Made by a program: the position numbers and the translations under genes. From the NCBI GenBank assembly GCA_038064195.1, contig JBBTTO010000002.1, positions 269,356 to 333,355 of the forward strand: a DNA stretch of 64,000 bases, written 5' to 3'. The notes beneath the pieces are model-generated. The model worked only from the letters and a program-made list of their open reading frames with translations, had not been told where the DNA came from and searched no databases. Below are positions 1 to 9,274 of this stretch, piece by piece; the stretch's first letter is position 1, and each line of letters begins with the position of its first letter. The stretch is from Patescibacteria group bacterium. Its GTDB lineage: Bacteria; Patescibacteriota; Microgenomatia; Levybacterales; UBA12049.

Positions 1-428
1 TGTTTACTCTCCCTGAGAAAAGCAAGCGGCCACTGGTTTTTTTAGCAGGCGGAATCGGGATTACGCCTTTTCATAGTATGCTTGTCTCCGCAGCTGCATC
101 AAATATAAAGCTACCCATCACACTTTTTGTTTCATTCAGTTCCCCAAGTGATGTTATATTTCATGACGAACTCATGAGGGTGTCACAAAACAATTCCCAT
201 ATTAAAGTTGTTTATACCATCACTCACCAAGAGTCTGCTGAGACTTCATGGAACGGGGAGACAGGAAGAATTAATGCTGAGCTTCTCAAAAAATACATAC
301 CTGATGTTTCAGCAGTTGAGTATTACGTCTGCGGACCATCAGTGATGGTCTCATCGATGCTTGATATGCTCCATGATATGAAAATCCCTTTTCAGCAAAT
401 ACGGGAGGAACAATTTACTGGATACTAG
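1..428 (+). CDS. FNR-type oxidoreductase FAD/NAD(P)-binding domain protein, C-terminal part (5' end outside window)
   Basis: The frame is open from position 3 (FTLPEKSKRPLVFLAGGIGITPFHSMLV...). GGIGITPF is a NAD(P)-binding motif, and the C-terminal YYVCGPxxM is typical of ferredoxin-NADP-reductase-like modules. It overlaps the stop of convergent rmuC by 4 nt. Confidence 0.55.
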   Translation, partial: FTLPEKSKRPLVFLAGGIGITPFHSMLVSAAASNIKLPITLFVSFSSPSDVIFHDELMRVSQNNSHIKVVYTITHQESAETSWNGETGRINAELLKKYIPDVSAVEYYVCGPSVMVSSMLDMLHDMKIPFQQIREEQFTGY

Positions 429-1468
429 TTGTCACCAAGGAGGGTAGGTTGTTTGCTGTCGTCCTCGATCTTTTCCTCCAGTGTACGGGTGGAGGAGAGT
501 TTGTTCCCGATATGGTTAAAGCCGGTTGAGACATTGGCAAATTGGCTACTTGCATTGCCGATATGTTTGCCTAGGACTCCCATACTGTCATTTACCTTGT
601 CATATTCAAGTTGAATAGCGCGGAGTAACCTGAAAACTTCTTTAGAGCGGGACTCGATTTTTTTACCTTCAAAGGAGAGAAGAATTGTTTGGAGATGTAC
701 GTAGAGTGTGCTGGGTGAGACCATGTAGACACGGCTCCGTCTGGCATACTCAAGCATGTCAGTCATATTACACAGTTCGTAGAAAACTGACTCGCTGGGA
801 ATATACATCAGCGCAAAATCCATCGTTCCCTCATCAGGCAGGATATATTTTCGAGCGATTGTATCAATATGTTTTTTGACGTCCCTGGAGAATTCTTTTT
901 GAAACTCACTTTTTTCTTTTGGATCTTCAGATTTAACCATTTTTTGATAATTTTCCATCGGGAATTTGGAGTCAATGGGGAGAATACCGGCATCGGTTTG
1001 GATTGCGGCATCGACTTTTTCTCCGGATTTGAATTGGTACTGCAGATGAAAACTGTTTTTGGGGAAAAGTTGAGCAATCAGATCCTTGAGAATTTCCTCT
1101 CCGATATTGCCGCGCATTTTAGGGCTTTTGAGAAAATCCTGCAGTTCCTTCATGCTTCGTCCTATCTCACTCATTTGGCCGACTTCTTTCCCGACCCCTG
1201 CGATCACCTGTGCTGCCTTGTCCAAACGATCATTTAGCTGTTTGGAGTTTTCTTGTAACGTACGGACCATGTGGTCAGTATTTGAGGATAAAGCGGTATT
1301 GAGAGTTTTATTAGTCGACTCAAGTGACGTCTGCATGCTTTTCAGCCATTCAAGCATAGTAGCGTCAGATGAAGTTTTTTGCAGATTGCTTAATTTTCGG
1401 TTGAGGATAAAAATGATTACCCCGAACCCAACAAGCAGGAGAAAAAGGATAGGCAGTAGGTCTTGCAT
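425..1468 (-). CDS. rmuC: DNA recombination protein RmuC family
   Basis: 347 aa with an N-terminal TM helix, a long coiled-coil and a conserved C-terminal RmuC-like region (..YIPSESVFYE.., ..YMVSPSTLY..). Confidence 0.75.
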   Translation of the reverse strand: MQDLLPILFLLLVGFGVIIFILNRKLSNLQKTSSDATMLEWLKSMQTSLESTNKTLNTALSSNTDHMVRTLQENSKQLNDRLDKAAQVIAGVGKEVGQMSEIGRSMKELQDFLKSPKMRGNIGEEILKDLIAQLFPKNSFHLQYQFKSGEKVDAAIQTDAGILPIDSKFPMENYQKMVKSEDPKEKSEFQKEFSRDVKKHIDTIARKYILPDEGTMDFALMYIPSESVFYELCNMTDMLEYARRSRVYMVSPSTLYVHLQTILLSFEGKKIESRSKEVFRLLRAIQLEYDKVNDSMGVLGKHIGNASSQFANVSTGFNHIGNKLSSTRTLEEKIEDDSKQPTLLGDN

Positions 1469-1620
1469 ACGTGGTCACCTATTGTAGCATATGTCTGCAA
1501 ATATGTTTTAGGGTTTAGGTATGGCAACCGGTAAAGATGTAGTTCTAGGTTTGGGGTAATTTCCCTATTACAAAACCTTATAACCAAACTGGCGGCTATA
1601 CCCACAACTTATGATTTGAT

Positions 1621-2688
1621 CTAGTAATACAGCTCGGGATCGGCATCGACGTCTTTCCACGAAAGAGCCGGCTTGGCAAAAAAGGCAGCTGATGCAATCA
1701 TTGCTCCGTTGTCTGTGCATAAATCTTTTCGGGGAACGAAAAGATTAGTCGGAAGTCGAAGGTCGGAAGTCGCCTCTTTAAGGGTGGTTTGGAGTTTGGC
1801 ATTAGCGGCAACTCCTCCACCGAGGAGTATTGATTTAACGTTATATTTGCCAGCTGCTTTTACTGTTTTGCGGACAAGAACATCCACTATTGCCTGTTCA
1901 ACACTCGCACAAAGATTAGCAAGGAGTTGTTCATTTTTTATTTTAAAATGTTGGTCAGCAAAGTCCCATTTGTTTTGTTTGACTAAGTTAAGAGTTGCAG
2001 TTTTCAGACCGCTAAAACTAAAATCGAAATCATCACTCCCGATCATAGGTCGGGGTAAAACAAACTTTTTAGGATTACCTTTTATTGCCAAGCGGGAAAT
2101 CGTTGATCCTGCAGGGTAAGGGAGACCTAAAAGTCGTCCAATTTTATCAAAAGCCTCCCCAGCTGCATCATCACGTGTCCCTCCCAGTACTTGAATATCG
2201 CTATGTGAATTCATAAGGAGTAGGTCAGTATGATTGCCGGAGACTATGAGTACAATTGCTGGAAAAGGAATAGTCGAAGGTCGAAAGTCTGAGGTCGTAA
2301 TCCAGTTGGCATAGAGATGTCCATACATATGATTGATAGGGATAAGCGGCTTATTCCATAACAGCGCGAGAGTTTTGGCTGTTTCAACTCCGACCAAAAG
2401 TGATCCGATCAAGCCCGGGCCGTACGTGACAGCAATAGCATCGATGTCAGGTGTTTGCTTAGACGCTATATCAAAATCCAGACCAGTCTTTAGTGCTTCT
2501 GTGAGTGTCGGGAGTATGAATTTTACCTGCTCACGGGCAGCGACTTCAGGAATAATACCGCCAGTTGTCGCATGAAGAGATAAGGATGAGGCGACTATGC
2601 TTGAGGATATTTGGATTGTGCCTTTTGCATTATCCAAAAGAGCGACTCCTGTCTCGTCACAGGAGGTCTCAATGCCTAAGATTTTCAT
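1621..2688 (-). CDS. tsaD: tRNA N6-adenosine threonylcarbamoyltransferase TsaD (Kae1/YgjD family)
   Basis: MKILGIETSCDETGVALL N-terminus, the HMxGHL metal-binding motif and an ASKH-fold C-terminus. 355 aa. Confidence 0.9.
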   Translation of the reverse strand: MKILGIETSCDETGVALLDNAKGTIQISSSIVASSLSLHATTGGIIPEVAAREQVKFILPTLTEALKTGLDFDIASKQTPDIDAIAVTYGPGLIGSLLVGVETAKTLALLWNKPLIPINHMYGHLYANWITTSDFRPSTIPFPAIVLIVSGNHTDLLLMNSHSDIQVLGGTRDDAAGEAFDKIGRLLGLPYPAGSTISRLAIKGNPKKFVLPRPMIGSDDFDFSFSGLKTATLNLVKQNKWDFADQHFKIKNEQLLANLCASVEQAIVDVLVRKTVKAAGKYNVKSILLGGGVAANAKLQTTLKEATSDLRLPTNLFVPRKDLCTDNGAMIASAAFFAKPALSWKDVDADPELYY

Positions 2689-3149
2689 AGAGATACTTTA
2701 ACAGTATCACCTTGGTGGAGGTTATAGGTATCGGCTGCTCCTGCTTTCAGCTCAATGACTTTATCTGCCGGGGCGGTGGGTTGATAATAAATATTCGGGA
2801 TCTCGGTAGTTGTTGCAGGTGCGGGAACATTTTTAAAAATAGTTACAATTTTGTCGTTATTTAAGAAAATAATATCTATTGGAAATTTCATCCCTTTCAT
2901 CCAAAATGACGGGATACCGGGTTCGTCAAAAAGAAAAAGCATTCCCTGCTTATCATTTAAAGAATTTCGTCCTGATAAACCTGTCTCTCTCTTTTGCTCG
3001 TTATCAGCCACATCGAGGGTAACAACCGTTTTATTGAAGGTGACTTTTGCTTTCTTGCCCAAAATACTATTACCATTCGCTCCGAAGAGAATGAGTGCTC
3101 CCAGAGCGATGATAATGAGTGCTACAAAACCGAGAATAAGTTTGTTCAT
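2685..3149 (-). CDS. DUF192 (COG1430) family secreted/membrane-anchored protein
   Basis: N-terminal TM/signal, then the typical DUF192 pattern (..MLFLFDEPGIPSFWMKGMKFPIDIIFL..). The start overlaps the tsaD stop by 4 nt (operon). Confidence 0.6.
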   Translation of the reverse strand: MNKLILGFVALIIIALGALILFGANGNSILGKKAKVTFNKTVVTLDVADNEQKRETGLSGRNSLNDKQGMLFLFDEPGIPSFWMKGMKFPIDIIFLNNDKIVTIFKNVPAPATTTEIPNIYYQPTAPADKVIELKAGAADTYNLHQGDTVKVSL

Positions 3150-3613
3150 AATGTATTAATTAGCTGTGTCGTTGAGTGGTTGGGCAGGCGGTCGATTACC
3201 TCAACAACCTGTGCCCCGATTTTTTTTGCCTGTCGTATCTTATGGTGAATGGACGGATCACCTTTTGTAGTTGCGATTATAGCAGGTTTGATTGAAGTTA
3301 CAAGCTGATCGTAGTCGTTGTCTTCAAAAGGGAATGGGAGAAGAATGACAAGTCCTGTTGGTGTTGATGATAAAAGGTTCTGTGCTCGCGTGAGTTGCGT
3401 ATTGACGGGGCGTTTTGGACCTTTGCGTTTTGACACTGCCTCATCTGACTCCAGAAGTACTACCAGAGAATCACCTTGTCCCTCAGCAGCTTTGAGAAAG
3501 CTACGATGTCCCGGATGCAGTACATCAAAGCATCCGCCAACAAGGACGATGGTTTTGTCTTCTAATTCTTTTTTAATTTGAGAGACTTGGTCGCTTTGAA
3601 TGATCTTTTTCAC
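3146..3613 (-). CDS. HxGH cytidylyl/adenylyltransferase, RfaE domain II (HldE C-terminal)-like
   Basis: GGCFDVLHPGH nucleotidyltransferase motif, and SDEAVSKRKGPKRPVN matches the heptose-1-phosphate adenylyltransferase / TagD-like pattern. 155 aa. Confidence 0.6.
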   Translation of the reverse strand: MKKIIQSDQVSQIKKELEDKTIVLVGGCFDVLHPGHRSFLKAAEGQGDSLVVLLESDEAVSKRKGPKRPVNTQLTRAQNLLSSTPTGLVILLPFPFEDNDYDQLVTSIKPAIIATTKGDPSIHHKIRQAKKIGAQVVEVIDRLPNHSTTQLINTL

Positions 3614-3676
3614 AATTTTTAATTATCAGTTTTCAATTTTCAATGAAAATTCAAAATTTTAAATTGAAAATTATAC
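3614..3676. promoter_or_regulatory. AT-rich spacer with nested inverted repeats (ttttcaattttca / tgaaaattcaaaa / aaattgaaaatt)
   Basis: Lies between the stop of the VanW-like gene and the start of the adenylyltransferase gene (both minus strand). Imperfect palindromes could form a terminator and/or promoter hairpin. Confidence 0.3.
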
Positions 3677-5110
3677 TTATTCTTGTTTGGTTCCCCGCAG
3701 GAAAACTGCTTGCCATGGCTGGTAATGAGATGAGTATTTATCCGAAATAATTTCTTTGCCGTCTCTTATAACACGATAAGTAAAATAGACATTGGCTCCC
3801 GGTGCAGCGAAATCTATTTGTTTGATCTGCCCGAGAGGCAAAGTTGGGTCGTCCTGATACAGCGGCTCTGGAGCGGGTGATTGTGATAAAATTACCGGTT
3901 TTGAAATCGTGGCAACTCTTCCATCCGATGTCCCGTATAGTTCAAAAGTTAATTGTTCACTGGCTTCGTCAACACTTGACTGGATCAGAATATAGTGACC
4001 AGTATCATTTTTGAATTTCAAGTCGACAGTTGGGACATAGACGGCTGCGTCAATCCCCGGGCCTAAATCTTCCTCGTAGTAATGAACCCGATAAGCATGC
4101 GGGTGTCTCTCAATAATAGGCAGACCCGCGTTGAGAATAGCCCTGAATAAGGTTGTGGAGACTTGGCAGACACCACCTCCGTCACCAAGTACTGTATGCC
4201 CGCCTTGGATAACGTATGCTTGCTTATAGCCTGTCAGTGAAGAAACATCACCGACCGCTTTATCAAAAGAAAAGACCTCATCAGGTTTGATAAGGATACC
4301 GTTGAGGCGGGAAGCGGCGAGGTGGATGTTAAAAATTCTATTGATAATTGAACCGTGATAGAGGGATGTTCCGATACCGATTCGCTCATTGATACCATAC
4401 CCGTTAACGGCTTTATCCACAGCGGGTTTGAGTGTGCGTACGGGGACGGTAACAAGGATTGTTGCCTGGTTACTGGCTAAAAGCTTAGGAGCTCCTTTTT
4501 CCCGGATATATAATGTTAATTGTTGTATATCTACCTGTTTGCCGTCCTTGGCGGTGCGAAATTCGGTAACTCTGCCGTTTGCGTAGGTAAATCGCGCGTC
4601 CACGGGTGCTACGTCAATTGCGGTCTGAAATTTCCTCATTATGCCTGCCAATTTTATGTCAGAGTAACGATATGCAGGAGATAGAGTAACGCCGTGGAGA
4701 TATGATTCAAAACTGAGATAACTATCTGAGAAGAAGTTGTTACTTCTGCCGATACTATATGCTTGTGACGCGAGCAGGTCAGCGTCAAATCCCAGGTCGA
4801 TTTGCCTGGCTGAGACTGTGGCAATAAGTTTACTAGACGTGAACTGAACATTTTTCTGCTGGATGATACGATTTTGACCAGCGAAATAATCCCTGACGGC
4901 GTCTTTAGTCTTACCGCCGAAATCGATACCTGTGATAGTTACTCCGGGATAGACTTTGTCTTTGTATGTTTCTTTATAGTAAATATAGACAAAGCTACTG
5001 AAAAAGAATAAGCCTATAGCCGCTCCCAGGAAAAACCAAAGAAGCGTCTTGAAAAAAGAAGCAAAATTAAATTTATTGATGAAAGACCTCAGGGATGATA
5101 ATAATTTCAT
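3677..5110 (-). CDS. VanW domain protein (YoaR-like) with N-terminal TM and C-terminal G5-like domain
   Basis: VanW core (..LKPDEVFSFDKAVGD....GGGVCQVSTTLFRAILNAGL..), N-terminal hydrophobic helix and a C-terminal G5-like segment. Confidence 0.75.
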   Translation of the reverse strand: MKLLSSLRSFINKFNFASFFKTLLWFFLGAAIGLFFFSSFVYIYYKETYKDKVYPGVTITGIDFGGKTKDAVRDYFAGQNRIIQQKNVQFTSSKLIATVSARQIDLGFDADLLASQAYSIGRSNNFFSDSYLSFESYLHGVTLSPAYRYSDIKLAGIMRKFQTAIDVAPVDARFTYANGRVTEFRTAKDGKQVDIQQLTLYIREKGAPKLLASNQATILVTVPVRTLKPAVDKAVNGYGINERIGIGTSLYHGSIINRIFNIHLAASRLNGILIKPDEVFSFDKAVGDVSSLTGYKQAYVIQGGHTVLGDGGGVCQVSTTLFRAILNAGLPIIERHPHAYRVHYYEEDLGPGIDAAVYVPTVDLKFKNDTGHYILIQSSVDEASEQLTFELYGTSDGRVATISKPVILSQSPAPEPLYQDDPTLPLGQIKQIDFAAPGANVYFTYRVIRDGKEIISDKYSSHYQPWQAVFLRGTKQE

Positions 5111-5153
5111 TGAGTAGAATTGCTATGCAGCTTCTAATCATATTATACTATAC

Positions 5154-6653
5154 TTGCCTATTTCTATGGACGAAAAAGTTATTTATTCAAGCAAACCAGC
5201 CCAAGCTAGGCCTGAAGCGGCACAACCAACCAATCCTGCTCCGGTCACCCCGCCCTTGTCAGTTCCTCCCTTGCCTCCTTCTTCAGCCTCACCGATAGCT
5301 CCTGCGCCGCCGGTATCACCCGGAACCGAGTTACTGCCTAAGCCGCCTAAAGGGTCTCCCTTAGGCGGTATTCTTAAAATCGGTGGTATTGGAGTGGTTT
5401 TTCTTCTTTTGATTTTCTTAGTGATTCGCTTTGTGGTACCTCTTTTTCATAAGGGACAGACAGAAGAGCTGGTTACTTTGACCTACTGGGGATTATTTGA
5501 AGACAAGAATGTGATGAGTACGATTGTTAATGATTTTCATCGGGAACACCCGTTGATTACGATAAATTATGTCCAAAAAGACATCAAGCAATACAGGCAA
5601 AGCCTGGTTACTCAAATTAATGCCGGCAGCGGTCCGGATATCTATCGCTTTCATAATTCATGGGTGGGGATGATGAAATCTTTCCTATCACCTATGACCT
5701 CAGACGTTATCTCCTCTGAGGAATTTAAGAAAAATTATTATCCCGTGATCCAACAGGATCTCATACGAAACGGAGCTCTTTACGGAATCCCTCTTGAGAT
5801 CGATACGCTCTCACTTTTTGTTAATACAGAACTGTTTGAAGCAGGAGGCAATGCCGTGCCGACTACCTGGGACGAATTTATCCGTGTCGCTAAAGACCGT
5901 GTTGTGAAAGACGGAGACGGAAAAATTCAGACAGCGGGGGCAGCATTAGGCACCTATGACAATATTACTCATGCTGCCGATATCGTTGCTTTACTCATGG
6001 CGCAAAACGGCACGAATTTCAGTAATTTTAGTTCTACCCTCGATAATACCAGTCAAACTCTTCAGTTCTATACTGCTTTTGCGAAAGATGAGGGTAGTGT
6101 TTGGGATAGTACACTTGATCCCTCAATTGTCGCTTTCTCAAAAGGCAACTTAGCGATGTATTTTGGTTACTCGTGGGACATTTTTGCGATTAAAGCCCTC
6201 AATCCTGACCTTAAATTCAGCATTCATCCGGTTCCTAATCTGCCTTCCCGCAAAACGGCAATGGCAAGTTATTGGGTAGAGGGAGTATCAAGTAAAAGCA
6301 AACATCAAAAGGAAGCCATGCTTTTCATGCAATACTTAACTAAGAAAGAAACTCTGCAGAAGCTTTATAGTGAAACAGCCAAAACCAGGCTTTTTGGTGA
6401 GCCGTATCCAAGAGCTGATTTGGCAGGTACTGTCAAAAATAATCCTCTTGTCGCGCCTTTTTTGGAGCAAGCTCCTTACGCAGTGTCTTCATATTTTGTA
6501 AGCGATACCTATGATGACGGAGTTAACTCGCAGATGGATGCGTATCTGGGAAATGCCGTAAGATCAACTCAGGGTAGTGATAGTTCTGTCAAGACAGCCG
6601 TTGATACTCTTGCCCAGGGTGTCAATCAGGTACTCGGAAAATATGGGCAGTAA
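5154..6653 (+). CDS. Extracellular solute-binding protein (ABC-type, family 1), membrane-anchored, Pro-rich N-terminal tail
   Basis: Pro/Ala-rich N-terminus, a single TM (IGGIGVVFLLLIFLVIRFVV), then an SBP-like fold (..LTYWGLFED.., ..AMYFGYSWD..). No permease or ATPase genes are adjacent (orphan). Confidence 0.65.
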   Translation: MPISMDEKVIYSSKPAQARPEAAQPTNPAPVTPPLSVPPLPPSSASPIAPAPPVSPGTELLPKPPKGSPLGGILKIGGIGVVFLLLIFLVIRFVVPLFHKGQTEELVTLTYWGLFEDKNVMSTIVNDFHREHPLITINYVQKDIKQYRQSLVTQINAGSGPDIYRFHNSWVGMMKSFLSPMTSDVISSEEFKKNYYPVIQQDLIRNGALYGIPLEIDTLSLFVNTELFEAGGNAVPTTWDEFIRVAKDRVVKDGDGKIQTAGAALGTYDNITHAADIVALLMAQNGTNFSNFSSTLDNTSQTLQFYTAFAKDEGSVWDSTLDPSIVAFSKGNLAMYFGYSWDIFAIKALNPDLKFSIHPVPNLPSRKTAMASYWVEGVSSKSKHQKEAMLFMQYLTKKETLQKLYSETAKTRLFGEPYPRADLAGTVKNNPLVAPFLEQAPYAVSSYFVSDTYDDGVNSQMDAYLGNAVRSTQGSDSSVKTAVDTLAQGVNQVLGKYGQ

Positions 6654-7518
6654 ACAAGAAGCAATTTTCAGAACTCTCCTCTATAGTGACCTCTTTAACT
6701 GTCCTTTACGTGAAGACGAGCTTTTTTATTATTTAAATACTAAGGAGAAAGTATTGCAAAAAGATATTAGTAAAATTGCCCTCCAAACACCAGGTGTCTA
6801 TAAATGGGAAAGCTGGTATTCGTTGAGGAGAAGTCATCAGGACATTCGAAAACGCCAAGAGAGGATGAGAATATCCCAAGCGAAAATTGCCCTCGCCCAA
6901 AGACTTATCAGGTGGATAACATGGATTCCTTCCCTGTTATTTGTCGGTATAAGCGGAAGTGTCGCAGCCGGGAACGCTCAGCTTAATGATGATATCGATT
7001 TTTTTGTTATTACCCAGAAAGGAAGTTTGTATACTACCCGTTTGTTATTGTTGCTTTTGCTTCAGATTCTTAGAAAGCGACGCAAGCCTCATGAGCAGGA
7101 GGCTAGGAACAAGATTTGCCTCAACATGCTTATTGATGAATCTTCTTTAGCCATACCTGAGAGTAAGCGTACTGTATATACTGCCAGAGAAATAGGTCAG
7201 CTTATGCCTTTATTTGAGCGCCGGGGAACCTATCAGCGCTTTCTGAAGGCCAATGCCTGGGCTAAATCATTTCTTCCTCATATTGGGCGTAAAGGAGATT
7301 GGATATCTTCCAAGGGTAAAGTTTCTCAGAGAAAGACCTTTTTCACTCTTGTGGAGCCACTTACGCGATTTATCGAAATTCGTTATATGAAGAAGCGTCA
7401 GACAGTCGAGCAGGTAAATACTCACTCCATTGCATTTCACCTTAATGATACTGCTGTACGAATTTTACGTCGATATGAGGCGAGACTAAAAACTCTTGAA
7501 TTAACTATGTCAAGGTAG
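6643..7518 (+). CDS. Pol-beta superfamily nucleotidyltransferase domain protein
   Basis: GISGSVAAGNAQLNDDIDFFVI fits the G[SG]x9-13Dh[DE]h NTase signature, with a later acidic LIDES. The internal ATG at 6643 was chosen because the 6577 start would overlap the SBP gene. Confidence 0.5.
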   Translation: MGSKQEAIFRTLLYSDLFNCPLREDELFYYLNTKEKVLQKDISKIALQTPGVYKWESWYSLRRSHQDIRKRQERMRISQAKIALAQRLIRWITWIPSLLFVGISGSVAAGNAQLNDDIDFFVITQKGSLYTTRLLLLLLLQILRKRRKPHEQEARNKICLNMLIDESSLAIPESKRTVYTAREIGQLMPLFERRGTYQRFLKANAWAKSFLPHIGRKGDWISSKGKVSQRKTFFTLVEPLTRFIEIRYMKKRQTVEQVNTHSIAFHLNDTAVRILRRYEARLKTLELTMSR

Positions 7519-7572
7519 CTGACGGAATGCATAAGACTAGGCAATCTGACTACAGGATCTAGTATCACCAGG

Positions 7573-7601
7573 TTGACAAATGTCGTTGTATTCTCTATAC
7601 T
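7573..7601 (+). promoter_or_regulatory. sigma70-like promoter (TTGACA-17 nt-TATACT) upstream of greA
   Basis: TTGACA at 7573-7578, a 17-nt spacer, TATACT at 7596-7601. Confidence 0.5.
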
Positions 7602-7630
7602 TTTTCTGAATTACTCGATAGAGTAGATCT

Positions 7631-7666
7631 CTCCAGATATGTATCAATACATGGAGATTTTTTTTT
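7631..7666 (+). terminator. Intrinsic terminator-like hairpin + T9 in greA leader
   Basis: ctccagatatgtatcaatacatggag forms a stem-loop (CTCCA...TGGAG with inner ATGTAT/ATACAT) followed by nine T's. It lies 12 nt upstream of the greA ATG and downstream of the promoter-like element. Confidence 0.55.
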
Positions 7667-7677
7667 AGAGAACAATT

Positions 7678-8151
7678 ATGGACAGTAAAAAAATTTATCT
7701 TACAAAAAGCGGCCTTGAAGACCTTAAAAAAGAGCATGAAGAATTGACTAAGGTCAAAAGGCCTGAGGTAGTTTCACGCGTATCCGACGCGCGCAACCAG
7801 GGTGATCTGTCGGAGAACGCGGAGTATGTGGCGGCACGTGAGGAGCTATCATTTATTGACGGCAGAATTGATGAGCTCGAAGAGCTGTTAAAACAGGTCT
7901 CACTTATTGAAGAAGGTGCGGGTACTAGGGGGGGGTATTTGGTCGAACTTGGTTCCAAAGTAACGTTGAAAATTGATGGTAAAGAAGAAGTCTATCGGGT
8001 TGTAGGGGAATGGGAAGCAGATCCGGCAGAAAAGAAAATCTCGCATGAATCTCCTTTAGGGAAAGCACTTTTGGGGAAGAAAATCGGCGAGAGTGTTGAG
8101 GTGGAAGCTCCGGCCGGTAAAATCAACTATACCATTGTCTCCCTTAACTAA
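7678..8151 (+). CDS. greA: Transcription elongation factor GreA
   Basis: 157 aa with an N-terminal coiled-coil bearing conserved acidic residues and a C-terminal FKBP-like domain (..VSLIEEGAGTRGGYLVELGSKVTL..). Confidence 0.9.
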   Translation: MDSKKIYLTKSGLEDLKKEHEELTKVKRPEVVSRVSDARNQGDLSENAEYVAAREELSFIDGRIDELEELLKQVSLIEEGAGTRGGYLVELGSKVTLKIDGKEEVYRVVGEWEADPAEKKISHESPLGKALLGKKIGESVEVEAPAGKINYTIVSLN

Positions 8152-8177
8152 TAGGCGTACAATAACGCTTATCATCC

Positions 8178-9137
8178 ATGATTGTCTTAGAAAACTCCCC
8201 TCTGTCCGAGATTACTTACTACCGCATCGGAGGAATTGCTGATTATATTCTCAAAATCGAATCTCTAGAGGAAGTTAAGGAAGCCCTTATCTTTTGTAGA
8301 CAAAAAAATATTACCAGGCCACTTGTTCTTGGCCTTGGGTCAAATGTTATTCTTCCGGATTCTCACGTTAAGGGAGCTATTCTTTGGCTGGAGGGGAATG
8401 GGTCGTCTTTTACTATTAAGGATACTTCTATAAAAGCTTTTGCAGGGGAGAGTATGGACTCACTTATCAAAGAGAGTCTGAGTGCATCACTTGTCGGTCT
8501 GGAATGGGCGGGAGGGCTTCCAAGCACTATCGGCGGAGCAGTACGCGGAAATGCCGGAGCGTTCGGACATGAAACGAAGGATACGTTTTTTGAGGCAGAA
8601 GTGATTGATATGGACGATCCTGCCTACGCGATAAAAACATTTGCTCACCAAGAGGCTCAATTTGGCTATAGGAATTCATTTTTCAAACAACATCCCAATC
8701 TTATTATTGTCTCGGTAACGTTTCAGCTAAAGATTGGAACGCTGCAAGAAATTGCAGAAGCAGAGGCGGTCTATAAGAAGAACATTAATTATCGTCAAAC
8801 ACACCACCCTATGGAGTATCCGTCATGCGGCTCTGTCTTTAAAAATATTGTTAAACCTGAGGAAGTAGAAAAGATCCTGAATGTCTGGCCGGATATCAGA
8901 GAATTATCGGAGAAGAAATGGCATAACAAAATCTCAATGGGGTATGTTATTAATCGTCTTGGCTTTAGTAATAAAAGAGTAGGCGGGGCTCAGGTTTCGA
9001 GCAAACATGCTAACTACATAAGCAACGTCGATCATGCAAAGGGTGAGGATGTAAAAGTTTTAATTAAAGAAATTCAGGCTACATTCAATGAAATATTCGG
9101 ATTTGTTCCTGAGCCGGAGGTAGTGGTAACTGCTTGA
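8178..9137 (+). CDS. murB: UDP-N-acetylenolpyruvoylglucosamine reductase MurB
   Basis: FAD-binding GLGSNVI, the GGLPSTIGGAVRGNAGAFG motif and the MurB C-terminal domain. Confidence 0.85.
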   Translation: MIVLENSPLSEITYYRIGGIADYILKIESLEEVKEALIFCRQKNITRPLVLGLGSNVILPDSHVKGAILWLEGNGSSFTIKDTSIKAFAGESMDSLIKESLSASLVGLEWAGGLPSTIGGAVRGNAGAFGHETKDTFFEAEVIDMDDPAYAIKTFAHQEAQFGYRNSFFKQHPNLIIVSVTFQLKIGTLQEIAEAEAVYKKNINYRQTHHPMEYPSCGSVFKNIVKPEEVEKILNVWPDIRELSEKKWHNKISMGYVINRLGFSNKRVGGAQVSSKHANYISNVDHAKGEDVKVLIKEIQATFNEIFGFVPEPEVVVTA

Positions 9138-9250
9138 CAACTTTTTATAAGTCAGCAATAATACAAATCATAATTTATGAAAACGAATTCTTTATCAATT
9201 GTTAGTAAGAAGGACAACTCGTAAGAGGGTCCTTTTCGTAGTTTGAAATA

Positions 9251-9274
9251 GACCCCTTACGAGAGGGGTTTTTT
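9251..9274 (+). terminator. Rho-independent terminator after murB
   Basis: gACCCCTtacgagAGGGGTtttttt forms a 6-bp GC stem plus a T-run. The upstream segment ctcgtaagagggtc (9218-9231) could alternatively pair with it. Confidence 0.55.

Noticed and set aside
6577-6642. N-terminal extension of the NTase ORF starting at 6577
   Set aside because: It would overlap the SBP gene's 3' end by 77 nt. The internal ATG at 6643 gives a non-overlapping gene.
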